Shown here: positions 1-8,123 of the stretch, one piece after another
How positions within the stretch are numbered: position 1 is the first letter of the stretch
Layout of the letters: each line of letters begins with the position of its first letter
Assembly: GCA_018004935.1 (NCBI GenBank)
Contig: JAGNBF010000014.1
Coordinates: forward strand, 1-32,466
Source of the DNA: Chloroflexota bacterium
GTDB taxonomy: Bacteria; Chloroflexota; Anaerolineae; Promineifilales; Promineifilaceae
Reading direction: 5' to 3'
Length of the DNA: 32,466 nucleotides
Translations under genes and position numbers: made by a program
The notes under the pieces: model-generated
Seen by the model: only the letters and a program-made list of their open reading frames with translations
What the model was told of the DNA's origin: nothing
Database searches by the model: none

Positions 1-314
1 AAATGAACCCATCCCCCTAGTGATTCCCCCCAGCGGGAAGGGGGAACCCTATCTACGGGCAAAATGGGGTGTAACACACCCCATTTTGCCCGCCTGGGAA
101 AACTCCCCGCCCCTGGGGGCGGGGGTGGGGGTGGGGGAAAAGCGGCTTGCTCACCAAAATGAACCCATTCCCCTAGTGATTCCCCCCAGCGGGAAGGGGG
201 AACCTAATCTATGGGCAAAATGGGGTGTAACACACCCCATTTTGCCCGCCTGGGATAACTCCCCGCTCCTGGGGGCGGGGGCGGGGGTGGGGGAAACTCC
301 GCGTAGGCAATCAC
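1..314. repeat. Tandem duplication of a ~156-bp unit (two copies, ~95% identical). Each unit contains a perfect 16-bp-stem hairpin (57-91 and 213-247) next to a G/C palindrome CCCCGCCCC-n-GGGGCGGGG. I call this 'family A'.
   Basis: Direct reading. 1-156 and 157-300 align base-for-base with a few substitutions. The hairpin is gggcaaaatggggtgt-aac-acaccccattttgccc. Confidence 0.85.
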
Positions 315-457
315 CCTATTGATACCAGGTTTGGTTTGCCGTTGACTCTGCTTCTCAGATAGAATGTCTTTATTAATGGTTGTTTTTACTCTCTGTGCCT
401 GACTGCCCACAGTATCCTTACATCTCGTATATGGCAGATCCTTGTTGAGCCAAACTT

Positions 458-1594
458 ATGTTGACACCTGAAGAAAAAACTTTGTTAGAGAAATATGTCG
501 AGAATCACACCCCAGATGCACCTTACTGGGCGCGGGTACAGATTGTTTTATTGGCAGATGCGGGATGGGCACAGGCGGATATTGCGGCAACGTTGCGGCT
601 AAGAATTACACCTGTACGTACCTGGCAACGAGCCTTTAACCGGCACCGGCTCACGGTGTTCCCGGAAACATTGTTTTTGGACACGCCCCTGTTTGCCCCT
701 ACGGAGGGAGTGGGCGAAGCAGGGCGCTGTTTGCTGGGAGAGATGCAACAGAAGGTGCAGGCCTATTGGCCCGCGGCCGCAACCTACACCGATCCTCTGG
801 CTGTACACGAATTCCGTAAAGCCATCCGTCAGTCATTTACCATTTACCGGGTCTTTGCCCCTTACTTTCTCCAGGGAACTCTGGCCCATTTCCGGCGGCG
901 CTGGCGTAAGGTGATGCGCCGTTTAGGGCGTTCGCGGGACATCACCATTTTTCTACAAGGACTAGAAACACACCTGGCCGGGGACACTTGGTCGCCGGTA
1001 GAGCGTGCCGGGTTAGAATGTTTGCGTGACGTATGGCAGGAACGGCTCGCGGCCGCAAACGCCACACTACAAACTTATCTAAACCAGGAGAAGGTGCGCC
1101 CTTTGTTAGAAAATTACGGGCAATTTCTGGCCCACGGCCAAACCAGCCTCATTTCCCCTCTGGATACGTCACCTGCTTACCAGATCCGTTTTGTGGCTCC
1201 CCGGCTCATTAACGACAAGGTTACAATGGTACGCCAACACCATCATCTCGTCACCGGGGGCACATTAGCTGAATTACATCAATTACGCATTGATTTTAAA
1301 GAACTCCGCTACACCCTGCGCTTTTTTGCGCCGCTCCTGGGGTTGCCCGTGTTATCTTGTCTGTATGTGCTAGAACAGATTCAAGATCATCTAGGCTGGC
1401 TGAATGATGCGCGTGTAGGGCTGGAACTACTGGATGAAATGCAGGGAGAAGAAACGAGTGCGGCCGCGAACCTCTATCGCGCCCTGCTTCAGGCCAGAGC
1501 CGATACATTACGCACCGAGTTCTTGCCCCTGTGGGAAAAATTTGACAGCCTGGCCTGGCGGCAAAACCTGGGCCTGGCCCTGGCACGTTTATAA
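458..1594 (+). CDS. CHAD-domain protein with an N-terminal helix-turn-helix-like segment
   Basis: 378-aa ORF. The N-terminus 'ARVQIVLLADAGWAQADIAATLRLRITPVRTWQRAFN' looks HTH-like. Two CHAD-like motifs are present: 'AVHEFRKAIRQSF' and 'LHQLRIDFKELRYTLRFFAPLLG', matching the conserved His/Arg pattern of CHAD domains. Confidence 0.55.
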   Translation: MLTPEEKTLLEKYVENHTPDAPYWARVQIVLLADAGWAQADIAATLRLRITPVRTWQRAFNRHRLTVFPETLFLDTPLFAPTEGVGEAGRCLLGEMQQKVQAYWPAAATYTDPLAVHEFRKAIRQSFTIYRVFAPYFLQGTLAHFRRRWRKVMRRLGRSRDITIFLQGLETHLAGDTWSPVERAGLECLRDVWQERLAAANATLQTYLNQEKVRPLLENYGQFLAHGQTSLISPLDTSPAYQIRFVAPRLINDKVTMVRQHHHLVTGGTLAELHQLRIDFKELRYTLRFFAPLLGLPVLSCLYVLEQIQDHLGWLNDARVGLELLDEMQGEETSAAANLYRALLQARADTLRTEFLPLWEKFDSLAWRQNLGLALARL

Positions 1595-1609
1595 TGGATG
1601 AGGTCAAAA

Positions 1610-1936
1610 ATGGGTTTTTTGCGCAAACTCTTCGGTCAAAGCAGTGAGAAAAAAGCCCCGGCAAATCCTGGCGACCCGGATGGGGTCTATTTTTATGTGC
1701 AATGTAACCGTTGCCACACCATCGTGCGGGTACGTGCTGACCGTAAGCATGATTTTAACCAGGAAGATGGGCAGTTAGTCTGGCATAAAGTCATCGTAGA
1801 TAACAAATGTTTTCAGCGGATTACCACTGTCGTTTATCTGGATAGTAATTTCAATGTCCTAAATGCAGAAATTCAGGGGGGGCAATACGTGACACCTGAA
1901 CTGTATGCGGCAACGCTGGCGAATGATCCAAAATAA
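1610..1936 (+). CDS. Small hypothetical protein containing CxxC. An alternative start lies at 1598.
   Basis: The ORF reaches the stop at 1936. The ATG at 1610 is preceded by GAGG 8 nt upstream. The protein carries 'CNRCHT...C' cysteines. I do not recognise a family. Confidence 0.4.
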   Translation: MGFLRKLFGQSSEKKAPANPGDPDGVYFYVQCNRCHTIVRVRADRKHDFNQEDGQLVWHKVIVDNKCFQRITTVVYLDSNFNVLNAEIQGGQYVTPELYAATLANDPK

Positions 1937-2017
1937 ACGGTGCGTTCATTGAAAAAAGGTAACGGTTCTTGGGGATTTCGCGGGGTACGGGCAACCCTTG
2001 GAATGGGAAAGTAAACC

Positions 2018-2491
2018 ATGACAGTTGAAGTTCGCGCCAATGCCCTGGCCTACCTGGCCGACCACCACGTGATGACGCTGGCGACGACCGGCCCGGATGG
2101 GGTATGGGCGGCCGCCGTTTTTTATGCCCATGACGGGTTTGACCTGTTTTTTCTCTCGGCAGGGCATACGCGGCATGGGCAAAATGTGGCAAAAAATGGG
2201 CACGCGGCCGCGACCATCCAGGAAGATTATCACGACTGGCCCACCATCCGGGGTATCCAGCTTGAGGGGGATGTGGAGTTGCTGGATGGGGCGGCACGGG
2301 ACGAGGCCGTTCGGCTGTATCAGGCCAAATATCCGTTTGTCTCGCCGGACAACCCGGCCATCGGCCCGGCGTTGGCGAAGGTGAACTGGTATCGGTTGCG
2401 GCCGCGGCGTCTCTACTTCATTGATAACCGCCAGGGACTGGGACATCGTGATGAAATAGAGATGAGAGGGTTAGAAACGACCCAGACCTAA
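2018..2491 (+). CDS. Pyridoxamine 5'-phosphate oxidase-like (PNPOx, split-barrel, FMN-binding) family protein
   Basis: 157-aa ORF. 'HHVMTLATTGPDGVWAAAVFYAHDGFDLFFLS' and 'YQAKYPF' are typical of the PNPOx/general-stress-protein-26 family. Confidence 0.7.
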   Translation: MTVEVRANALAYLADHHVMTLATTGPDGVWAAAVFYAHDGFDLFFLSAGHTRHGQNVAKNGHAAATIQEDYHDWPTIRGIQLEGDVELLDGAARDEAVRLYQAKYPFVSPDNPAIGPALAKVNWYRLRPRRLYFIDNRQGLGHRDEIEMRGLETTQT

Positions 2492-2526
2492 AGGTTTTCG
2501 GAAACCTTTAGGGTCTGCTTTTCATA
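2484..2526 (+). terminator. Rho-independent terminator-like hairpin overlapping the stop codon of the PNPOx-like gene
   Basis: agacctaaaggttt-tcgg-aaacctttagggtct forms a 15-bp perfect stem, followed by gcttttcat. It belongs to a hairpin family also seen at 27904-27937 and 17693-17724. Confidence 0.55.
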
Positions 2527-2640
2527 ACGACCGGGCTATGGTTACAAAAGCCGCTGGCCTGGGGTTTTAGCCCGCAGGGCTTTGTAAATTTAGCCCGGTG
2601 GTCAAACCACCGGGCGGGATAACTGAACGCTTACAAAGCA

Positions 2641-4473
2641 ATGAAACGAATACAACACCTTTCCCTTTTGTTGGTGCTTTTTTTGACAGCTTGTTTTGGG
2701 AAACAGGTCACGGTTGGGCCAATTCCTTTAGCAGTTACTCCGACCGCGGCCGCGACCCCTTTAGCAACAAGTTCGGCTGTCCCTGTGGAACCCGTGCCAA
2801 CTATTCCCCTCAACATCCCCTTTCCCACCTTTGCCCCGGATGTACCTCTTCTCCCCTCTCCCTCCAGTTCATTGGGCATTGTCGCTCAGGCAGGTGGGGC
2901 ATGGCGCCATGCCCTGATGCAGGAACCCTACGCCTATGTCTTGGGCGCACAAGAAATCATGAAGTTGAATGTGTCTATCTCTGCCCAGCCACATTGGGTG
3001 AGTCGCTATCGCTTGCCCCCGAATGATGAGTTGCATGAGATGTATCTGGTCGAGAATTGGTTGGCTGTATCGTTGGCTACCCCATCTTCTGTAAACGATT
3101 GTGATCAGGCCACCGTGGCTAAGGTATTCGACATCAGTCAGGCAAGAGAAATAAAAGAAGTCATCGGAAAGGAGAGTTGTTTCATATTGGATACGGCCTT
3201 AACGGCTAACCATTTTTACATTCTGTCGGCAGGTGAGGGCGATGCCCTACCCAGTCTGACAGTTTTTGATCTGGCGCAGGAAAATGGTTCGATTCCTGTG
3301 AATGAGATGACCTTGCCGGAATGGGAAACGGAATCGGGCCAGTTAGCCGGGGCTGTGCTCGCGGCCGCGGACAATCATCTCCTCATTGGGCAAACCACTC
3401 AAGATGGGAACATCCAACGTCTGGCCGAATATGCTCTGGATGATCCGGCCACCCCTCGGCTTGTCAACACCTACGAAGAGGGGACTGTTCCTGAAGATTG
3501 GCAACGCATGATTGAGCCAGCAGAGCTACCCTATTGTTGTTCTAACGTGACATGGGCGCGTAGTGAGGCCTATGATGTGGACATCTACCAGGGAATTCTT
3601 TACGTGATGGCGGCTGAAGGTTTACAGCTATGGCAACAACGAAACACATCTGCACTGCAAATGCTCGCCAGTTATCCTGAACTGGCCGGTATGACCACGA
3701 TGTTGGCATTGGGTGAGTACGTGATGTTGGTAGGGCCAAACGCGGCCGCGACCCAGCTCAGTTTCCACCTTTATCAACGGTCTGATCCCACCCAACCCTA
3801 CCCGATTGTCACCAGCGAACTGCCCTACCGGGGTGAATGGGTGGATTGGGTACAGGATGGACAATGGCTTTATGTGGCCGTGGCCCATGGCATTCAAATC
3901 ATCAGTCTGGAAAACCTGGTGGCACCGGTCGAAATTGCTTTTCTTTCCACCTATCCCGGTGTGCAGGCCTTCGCTGTCCACGGCGAAACCCTTGTTCTCC
4001 TCTGGCCGGATCGCCTGGAATTAGTCCAGCAAACGACTACCGATACCTGGACGACCATTTCCACCATTCCTGCTGGTGATTTGGCTTTCCAGACAAACCT
4101 GGAAGACATGAATTACGATGGGTTGTCAGCGGTGGCGGTTGTTGGAGAACATCTCATTGCGTTGAGCGATTTTATGGTAGCGGCCTTTGATATAAGCAAC
4201 CCCACAGAACCTGTTTTCATCAACCATACATATTTTGGTGCGACCGGCGGCCATTTCTTTCCGGCAGGTGAAGGGGGCGTTCTTTTGGTGGGTGAAGCCA
4301 GCGGGCCTGTTAACGAGGTGCTGGTTGGTTTGGATGTTGATGCGAACTTACTTTGGTATGAAAACTGGGCCAATAGACCTGTGCTAGAAGATTTGGTGTT
4401 AGGCGAGGATGGGTTGTTGTACGCGGCCGCGGGTGAAGATGGTCTGGTAATTCTTCAGCCTGTCGTCCCATGA
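2641..4473 (+). CDS. Lipoprotein, probably a beta-propeller with LVIVD-like repeats. Function unknown.
   Basis: The N-terminus 'MKRIQHLSLLLVLFLTAC' is a lipoprotein signal with a lipobox Cys. Recurrent motifs 'GILYVMAAEGLQLW', 'QWLYVAVAHGIQIISLENLVAP', 'HLIALSDFMVAAFDISNPTEP' and 'GLLYAAAGEDGLVILQ' resemble LVIVD-type propeller blades. Confidence 0.6.
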   Translation: MKRIQHLSLLLVLFLTACFGKQVTVGPIPLAVTPTAAATPLATSSAVPVEPVPTIPLNIPFPTFAPDVPLLPSPSSSLGIVAQAGGAWRHALMQEPYAYVLGAQEIMKLNVSISAQPHWVSRYRLPPNDELHEMYLVENWLAVSLATPSSVNDCDQATVAKVFDISQAREIKEVIGKESCFILDTALTANHFYILSAGEGDALPSLTVFDLAQENGSIPVNEMTLPEWETESGQLAGAVLAAADNHLLIGQTTQDGNIQRLAEYALDDPATPRLVNTYEEGTVPEDWQRMIEPAELPYCCSNVTWARSEAYDVDIYQGILYVMAAEGLQLWQQRNTSALQMLASYPELAGMTTMLALGEYVMLVGPNAAATQLSFHLYQRSDPTQPYPIVTSELPYRGEWVDWVQDGQWLYVAVAHGIQIISLENLVAPVEIAFLSTYPGVQAFAVHGETLVLLWPDRLELVQQTTTDTWTTISTIPAGDLAFQTNLEDMNYDGLSAVAVVGEHLIALSDFMVAAFDISNPTEPVFINHTYFGATGGHFFPAGEGGVLLVGEASGPVNEVLVGLDVDANLLWYENWANRPVLEDLVLGEDGLLYAAAGEDGLVILQPVVP

Positions 4474-4475
4474 TG

Positions 4476-5168
4476 TTAATCTTGAGGTGGTTCCAGGTTT
4501 TGTTTGAGTAGGGCCAGGAACGTTTCGTTGCCCAACATTTCACCTAGAGCCAGGTAGGGGTTAAGGCTTTCGGTTTGCCATAACCAGTGCGGCCGCAAAC
4601 GAAATCCCTTTAGCACTTCAGATTCCACCCACTCATCCTCATCCATACCAAACAACTGGTATCGCCCCGTCTCATCCAACCGGTAAAAATCTGCCCGTTG
4701 TTTCCCTGCACGTGGATCAATGATCCAATATTCCGTGATACCTGCCTGCTCAAACTCCCGGAATTTATCCCGCCGATCTCGTTGTACGCTCTCAGTGGAA
4801 ATAATTTCAATGACCAAATCTGCGGGGCCATCAAGCCAATCTTCTTTCAGACGATGTAAGTTCGCTTGAAGCACAAAGAAAATATCTGGCTGGCGGATAG
4901 ATTGACCGGAGCGGAGCCGCATTTCCGTTGGGGCCGACCACACTTCGCCCAATTTGAAGAGTTTTATGAATTGTTCAATCAAATGAAAGAGGCGATTGGA
5001 AATGCGTTGATGTTTAATTTTGACGGGCATAAACGGAATAACCTCCCCATCCACCCATTCGGCAAGCGTATCTTCATCCGCCCAGGCTAAAAACTCTTCA
5101 TAGCTCATGCGGTTATTTTTAGGCTGATTGACTTTGGCTTTAGGAAGCAAAACCTTTGAAACTGTCAT
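4476..5168 (-). CDS. Uma2-family (DUF820) putative PD-(D/E)XK endonuclease
   Basis: The 230-aa ORF has the characteristic Uma2 layout: '...EWVDGEV...', 'QPDIFFV', 'PDLVIEIIS', 'KFREFEQAGITEYWIIDP'. GAGG lies 9 nt upstream of the ATG at 5168. Confidence 0.8.
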   Translation of the reverse strand: MTVSKVLLPKAKVNQPKNNRMSYEEFLAWADEDTLAEWVDGEVIPFMPVKIKHQRISNRLFHLIEQFIKLFKLGEVWSAPTEMRLRSGQSIRQPDIFFVLQANLHRLKEDWLDGPADLVIEIISTESVQRDRRDKFREFEQAGITEYWIIDPRAGKQRADFYRLDETGRYQLFGMDEDEWVESEVLKGFRLRPHWLWQTESLNPYLALGEMLGNETFLALLKQNLEPPQD

Positions 5169-5187
5169 AACATTGCCTCAATAAAAT

Positions 5188-5318
5188 ATTTCGGGGTCTT
5201 TGGGATTTCAGGGGGTTGACACCATCTGTAGGGGCAACCCTTGTGGTTTGCCCTCGGCGGGGCAGGCACAAGGCCAGCCCCTACATGTAGCCGCACCCCA
5301 CGAATTCCGAAAGAACCA
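5188..5318. repeat. Family-B palindromic MITE-like element (~120 bp). Other copies are at 13690-13812, 17995-18095 and 28190-28300. Partial copies are at 1966-2010 and 21617-21660.
   Basis: The shared ends are ggttcttggg(g/a)atttc(a/g)(g/t)ggggt ... accccgcgaattc(t/c)gaaagaacc. The interior has paired hairpins (gggcaacc/ggttgccc and ggcaggcacaagg/ccttgtg). The interior of the 13690 copy is inverted relative to the 5188 copy. Confidence 0.8.
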
Positions 5319-5361
5319 TATTTCGACCTTGTTTCTTGAGTCATTTTAGCATATTTAGAGG

Positions 5362-7500
5362 TTATAAGGCGTGACGATTGCCCATGACACTGACATCGTA
5401 CCCAGGTAACTGAGCCACCGCCTGACGAAATGTGCCATCGTGCAGGAGATCAAGTAGCGGCCGCAACAAATCCCCTTCCCCATGTTCCGCTGGTATCACC
5501 AGGTCGTACCGCTCCTGCGCCAGGGGGACAAAATCCAGTTGCAGGGCACGCGCGGCCGCAACCACCCCCAACCCCATGTCCGCCGTACCGCTGGAAATCG
5601 CGGCCGCGACCGCCAGATGGGTGTACTCTTCCCGCTCATACCCGGTCACCATCTCCGGCACGATGCCCCGTTGGCCTAACTCATAATCCAACAACACCCG
5701 CGTCCCCGCCCCCCTCTGCCGATTTACTAACCGGATGTCCGGGCGGGCAGAGTCTTCCCACCCCTTGATCCCTTTCGGGTTGCCCGGTGGGATGATCCAG
5801 CCTTGCTCCCGCCCCACCAGGGTGATCAGCATCACCTTTTGCCCCGGCAGGTAACGGTGGATGTACGAAACGTTGTATTCACCCGTCGCCGGGTCGAGCA
5901 GGTGGGAGCCAGCCAGATGGGCTTCGCCGCGCCGTAAGGCCACCAGCCCCCCCAGACTACCCACATTAGCGGAGCTGAGTCTGCGGCCGCGTTCGGCCAA
6001 AAATTGGGCCATTAAATCCAGCGTCAAATCGTGACTGCCAATGCACAAAATCGTCCGCTCAATCTCCGGCACGGTGCGATACAGGTGAACCGTCACCTGC
6101 GCCCCCGCCTCTTCTCCTTCGCTAAACCGGGGAATCCGCACGATGCCATCCGCCCGCACCAACGAGGTAATCACCCCCGCCCCCCGGCTGATGGGCGTCG
6201 CCAACACCTTCTCCCCCACCTTACCCACCGCCACCCGCACAAAATCATCATCCCCGGTGTGAGAAACCACCTTTCGTGTCAGGGTCGCCGGGAGTGTGGG
6301 CGGCTCATAGGCCGGTTGCCCCTGCCAACGGGCCAGCAACGGCTCGACGAATATCTCCCCGGTCAGTGCGGCACTGACGGGATAGCCGGGCACGCCAATG
6401 ATGGGGAGCGAGTGGGCGAGTGGGCGAGTGGGCGAGTAGGCGACTGATTCACCGTGTCTCCGCGTCGCCGCGTCCCCCTCTCGCCGCGTCCCCGCGTCCC
6501 CGCGTCTCTCGATCATCCCTAAAATAACTGGATGCCCCGGCCTGACCGCCACCCCATGCACCAGGAGTTGGCCTAGCTCTTGCACGACGTGGGCGGTGTA
6601 ATCTTTGCTCCCGGCGGATGAACCAGCATTGACGAGGATGAGGTCGTGGGATGCGGCCGCGTCTTTCACCGCCGCCACAATCTTCTCCCACTCATCCGGC
6701 ACAATCGGCCAACGGGTGGGAATGCCCCCCCACTGCTCCACCTGCCCGGCCAGGACAAGGGAGTTGAATTCGATGATTTGGCCGGGGGAAAGGGCCGAGT
6801 GGTGAGTGCTGAGTGCTGAGTCAGGAGAGTGAGAGACTGAGAGACTGGAGACTGGAGACTGTTCGCTGTTCACTGTCAACTGTTCACGGCTAACTGCTTC
6901 CACACTGACCAACTCTGACCCGGTGGGGATGATGGCGACCCGCGGCCGCGTATAAACCGTGACCATCGCATGACCAGAACCGGCCAAGGCTCCCAGGTCA
7001 ACCGGGCGCAGTTTGTGGTTGGCGGGCAGAACCAGTTCCGTGGCGACCATATCCTCGCCCAGCGGCCGCACATGGGTCCAGGGGGCCAGGCTGGCCCGAA
7101 TCTCGATGGCCGATGCGCCGATTTTTTGGGTGTGTTCAATCATTACCACCGTATCAGCCCAGATGGGCAGGGGCGCACCGGTATTGACCGCCTGCGCCGG
7201 GCGCACCCCTGGGGCAATATCTTCCCACGCTTCGGCCAGGGTCAACTGGAGGGGATTTGTCTCGGTGGCCTCGTGGGTGTCACGGGCACGCAGGGCGTAG
7301 CCATCCATGGCACTGGCGTGGTAATGGGGGGCGGAAATTCTGGCCCACACCGGCTCGGCGGTTACGCGGCCCAACGCCTGGGTGAGCGGGATGGTTTCTG
7401 TGCCGAGGGGTTGCCAGAGAGAGGCAGATTGCAACGCGGCCGCGAACCGGCGCCACGCTTCGTCAAGGGGTAAATCTTCGAGGTAAATGTTTCGTTTCAT
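5362..7500 (-). CDS. moeA: Molybdopterin molybdenumtransferase (MoeA) fused to a C-terminal PBP-like (molybdate/tungstate-binding-type) domain. It carries two low-complexity insertions.
   Basis: MoeA motifs are 'ISAPHYHASAMDGYA', 'NTGAPLP...ADTVVMIEHT', 'PRVAIIPTGSELV' and 'LILVNAGSSAGSKDYT...VAVRPGHP'. The C-terminal ~300 aa look PBP-like. I chose the start at the 7500 ATG (MKRNIYLEDLPL). The ORF track extends the frame to 7569. Confidence 0.8.
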   Translation of the reverse strand: MKRNIYLEDLPLDEAWRRFAAALQSASLWQPLGTETIPLTQALGRVTAEPVWARISAPHYHASAMDGYALRARDTHEATETNPLQLTLAEAWEDIAPGVRPAQAVNTGAPLPIWADTVVMIEHTQKIGASAIEIRASLAPWTHVRPLGEDMVATELVLPANHKLRPVDLGALAGSGHAMVTVYTRPRVAIIPTGSELVSVEAVSREQLTVNSEQSPVSSLSVSHSPDSALSTHHSALSPGQIIEFNSLVLAGQVEQWGGIPTRWPIVPDEWEKIVAAVKDAAASHDLILVNAGSSAGSKDYTAHVVQELGQLLVHGVAVRPGHPVILGMIERRGDAGTRREGDAATRRHGESVAYSPTRPLAHSLPIIGVPGYPVSAALTGEIFVEPLLARWQGQPAYEPPTLPATLTRKVVSHTGDDDFVRVAVGKVGEKVLATPISRGAGVITSLVRADGIVRIPRFSEGEEAGAQVTVHLYRTVPEIERTILCIGSHDLTLDLMAQFLAERGRRLSSANVGSLGGLVALRRGEAHLAGSHLLDPATGEYNVSYIHRYLPGQKVMLITLVGREQGWIIPPGNPKGIKGWEDSARPDIRLVNRQRGAGTRVLLDYELGQRGIVPEMVTGYEREEYTHLAVAAAISSGTADMGLGVVAAARALQLDFVPLAQERYDLVIPAEHGEGDLLRPLLDLLHDGTFRQAVAQLPGYDVSVMGNRHAL
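6405..6510. repeat. Microsatellite-like repeats inside moeA: (gagtgggc)x3-4 followed by cgcgtcccc-type repeats
   Basis: Direct reading of 'gagtgggcgagtgggcgagtgggcgagtaggc' and 'cgcgtcgccgcgtccccctctcgccgcgtccccgcgtccccgcgtc'. On the minus strand they encode '...ERRGDAGTRREGDAATRRHGESVAYSPTRPLAHSLP...'. Confidence 0.8.
6797..6862. repeat. Microsatellite-like 7-nt repeats inside moeA: (gagtgct)x2, (gagactg)x3-4
   Basis: Direct reading. On the minus strand they encode the low-complexity segment 'SEQSPVSSLSVSHSPDSALSTHHSALSP', inserted between MoeA motifs 'IIPTGSELVSV' and 'GQIIEFNS'. Confidence 0.8.
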
Positions 7501-7758
7501 GGTGTATTGTATGATGTGTATGGCGTGGTACGTATTGGGTGGTGCGTAGGTGAGCCTAATACGCACCACGCAACATTGTACCTCATTCCCCTTGTTTCGG
7601 GGTTCTGGACGGGGCTGATCCCCGCAATTCTCAATTTAACCAACGGCTAAAACCGTTGCCCACCAAAAGCACACCCGAAAAATGGCCCAACCCGTAGAAC
7701 AGCCTTTCAGGCTGTTCGCCCTTTCGAGAAAACAAAAGCGGCAATCGCCCTGTCCATC

Positions 7759-7786
7759 TTGACACGCGGCCGCAACCCCTTATAAT
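7759..7786 (+). promoter_or_regulatory. Near-consensus sigma70 promoter: TTGACA, 16-nt spacer, TATAAT
   Basis: cTTGACAcgcggccgcaaccccTTATAATtcc. It is oriented toward the thrS leader. Confidence 0.55.
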
Positions 7787-8066
7787 TCCTCCTACATAGA
7801 CAAAACGTTGACTGGGACATGTTGGGTCTGCCCCCCGTGTTAGAGAGTGATGGGCCATAGGCTGAAAGCCCTCACCACCAAGACAGAACCAATACCCCCC
7901 AGGAGTGATTCTCAGAACGTGAACAGTCAACAATAAATAGTTGATATTCCACCAATAAGAGAATCCGGGTTACTCCGTTATCAGTTGCAATGAGAGTAAA
8001 CAACACAGCTACACAAACCCCAGTGTTTCAACTCACTGTTCACTGCCAACGGCTCACTGTTTACTA

Positions 8067-8123
8067 AATTTGGGTGGAACCGCGAGACGCCATCGCCCCA
8101 ATACCGGGGTGGTGGCGTTTTTT
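8067..8123 (+). promoter_or_regulatory. T-box riboswitch-like element (T-box motif plus terminator hairpin and U-tract) in the thrS leader
   Basis: aatttGGGTGGAACCGCGag matches the T-box consensus AGGGUGGNACCGCG. The variable N is A, as in Thr-specific T-boxes that pair with a UCCA acceptor end. It is followed by gacgccatcgcccc...ggggtggtggcg and then TTTTTT. The Stem I / specifier region was not resolved. Confidence 0.45.

Noticed and set aside
20-322. 100-aa ORF (and the antisense 204-410 ORF)
   Set aside because: It lies entirely inside the 156-bp tandem repeat. Its amino-acid sequence is itself duplicated ('IPPSGKGEP...WGVTHPILPAW' twice). This is the repeat read in an open frame.
458-700. 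IS630/Tc1-type transposase N-terminus (HTH resembling transposase HTH)
   Set aside because: The remainder of the protein has CHAD-like motifs and no DDE catalytic triad. No TIRs flank the gene.
1946-2446. 166-aa minus-strand ORF
   Set aside because: It is antisense to the well-supported PNPOx-like gene. It is Arg/Pro-rich, as high-GC antisense frames are.
5430-7473. Multiple plus-strand ORFs (5430-5768, 6031-6447, 6970-7473 and others) inside moeA
   Set aside because: They are antisense to a long conserved MoeA-PBP ORF. Their Pro/Arg/Gly-rich composition is typical of spurious high-GC frames.
7631-7933. 100-aa minus-strand ORF upstream of thrS
   Set aside because: It overlaps the near-consensus promoter and the presumed T-box leader on the other strand. 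There is no RBS and the composition is Gly/Arg-rich.
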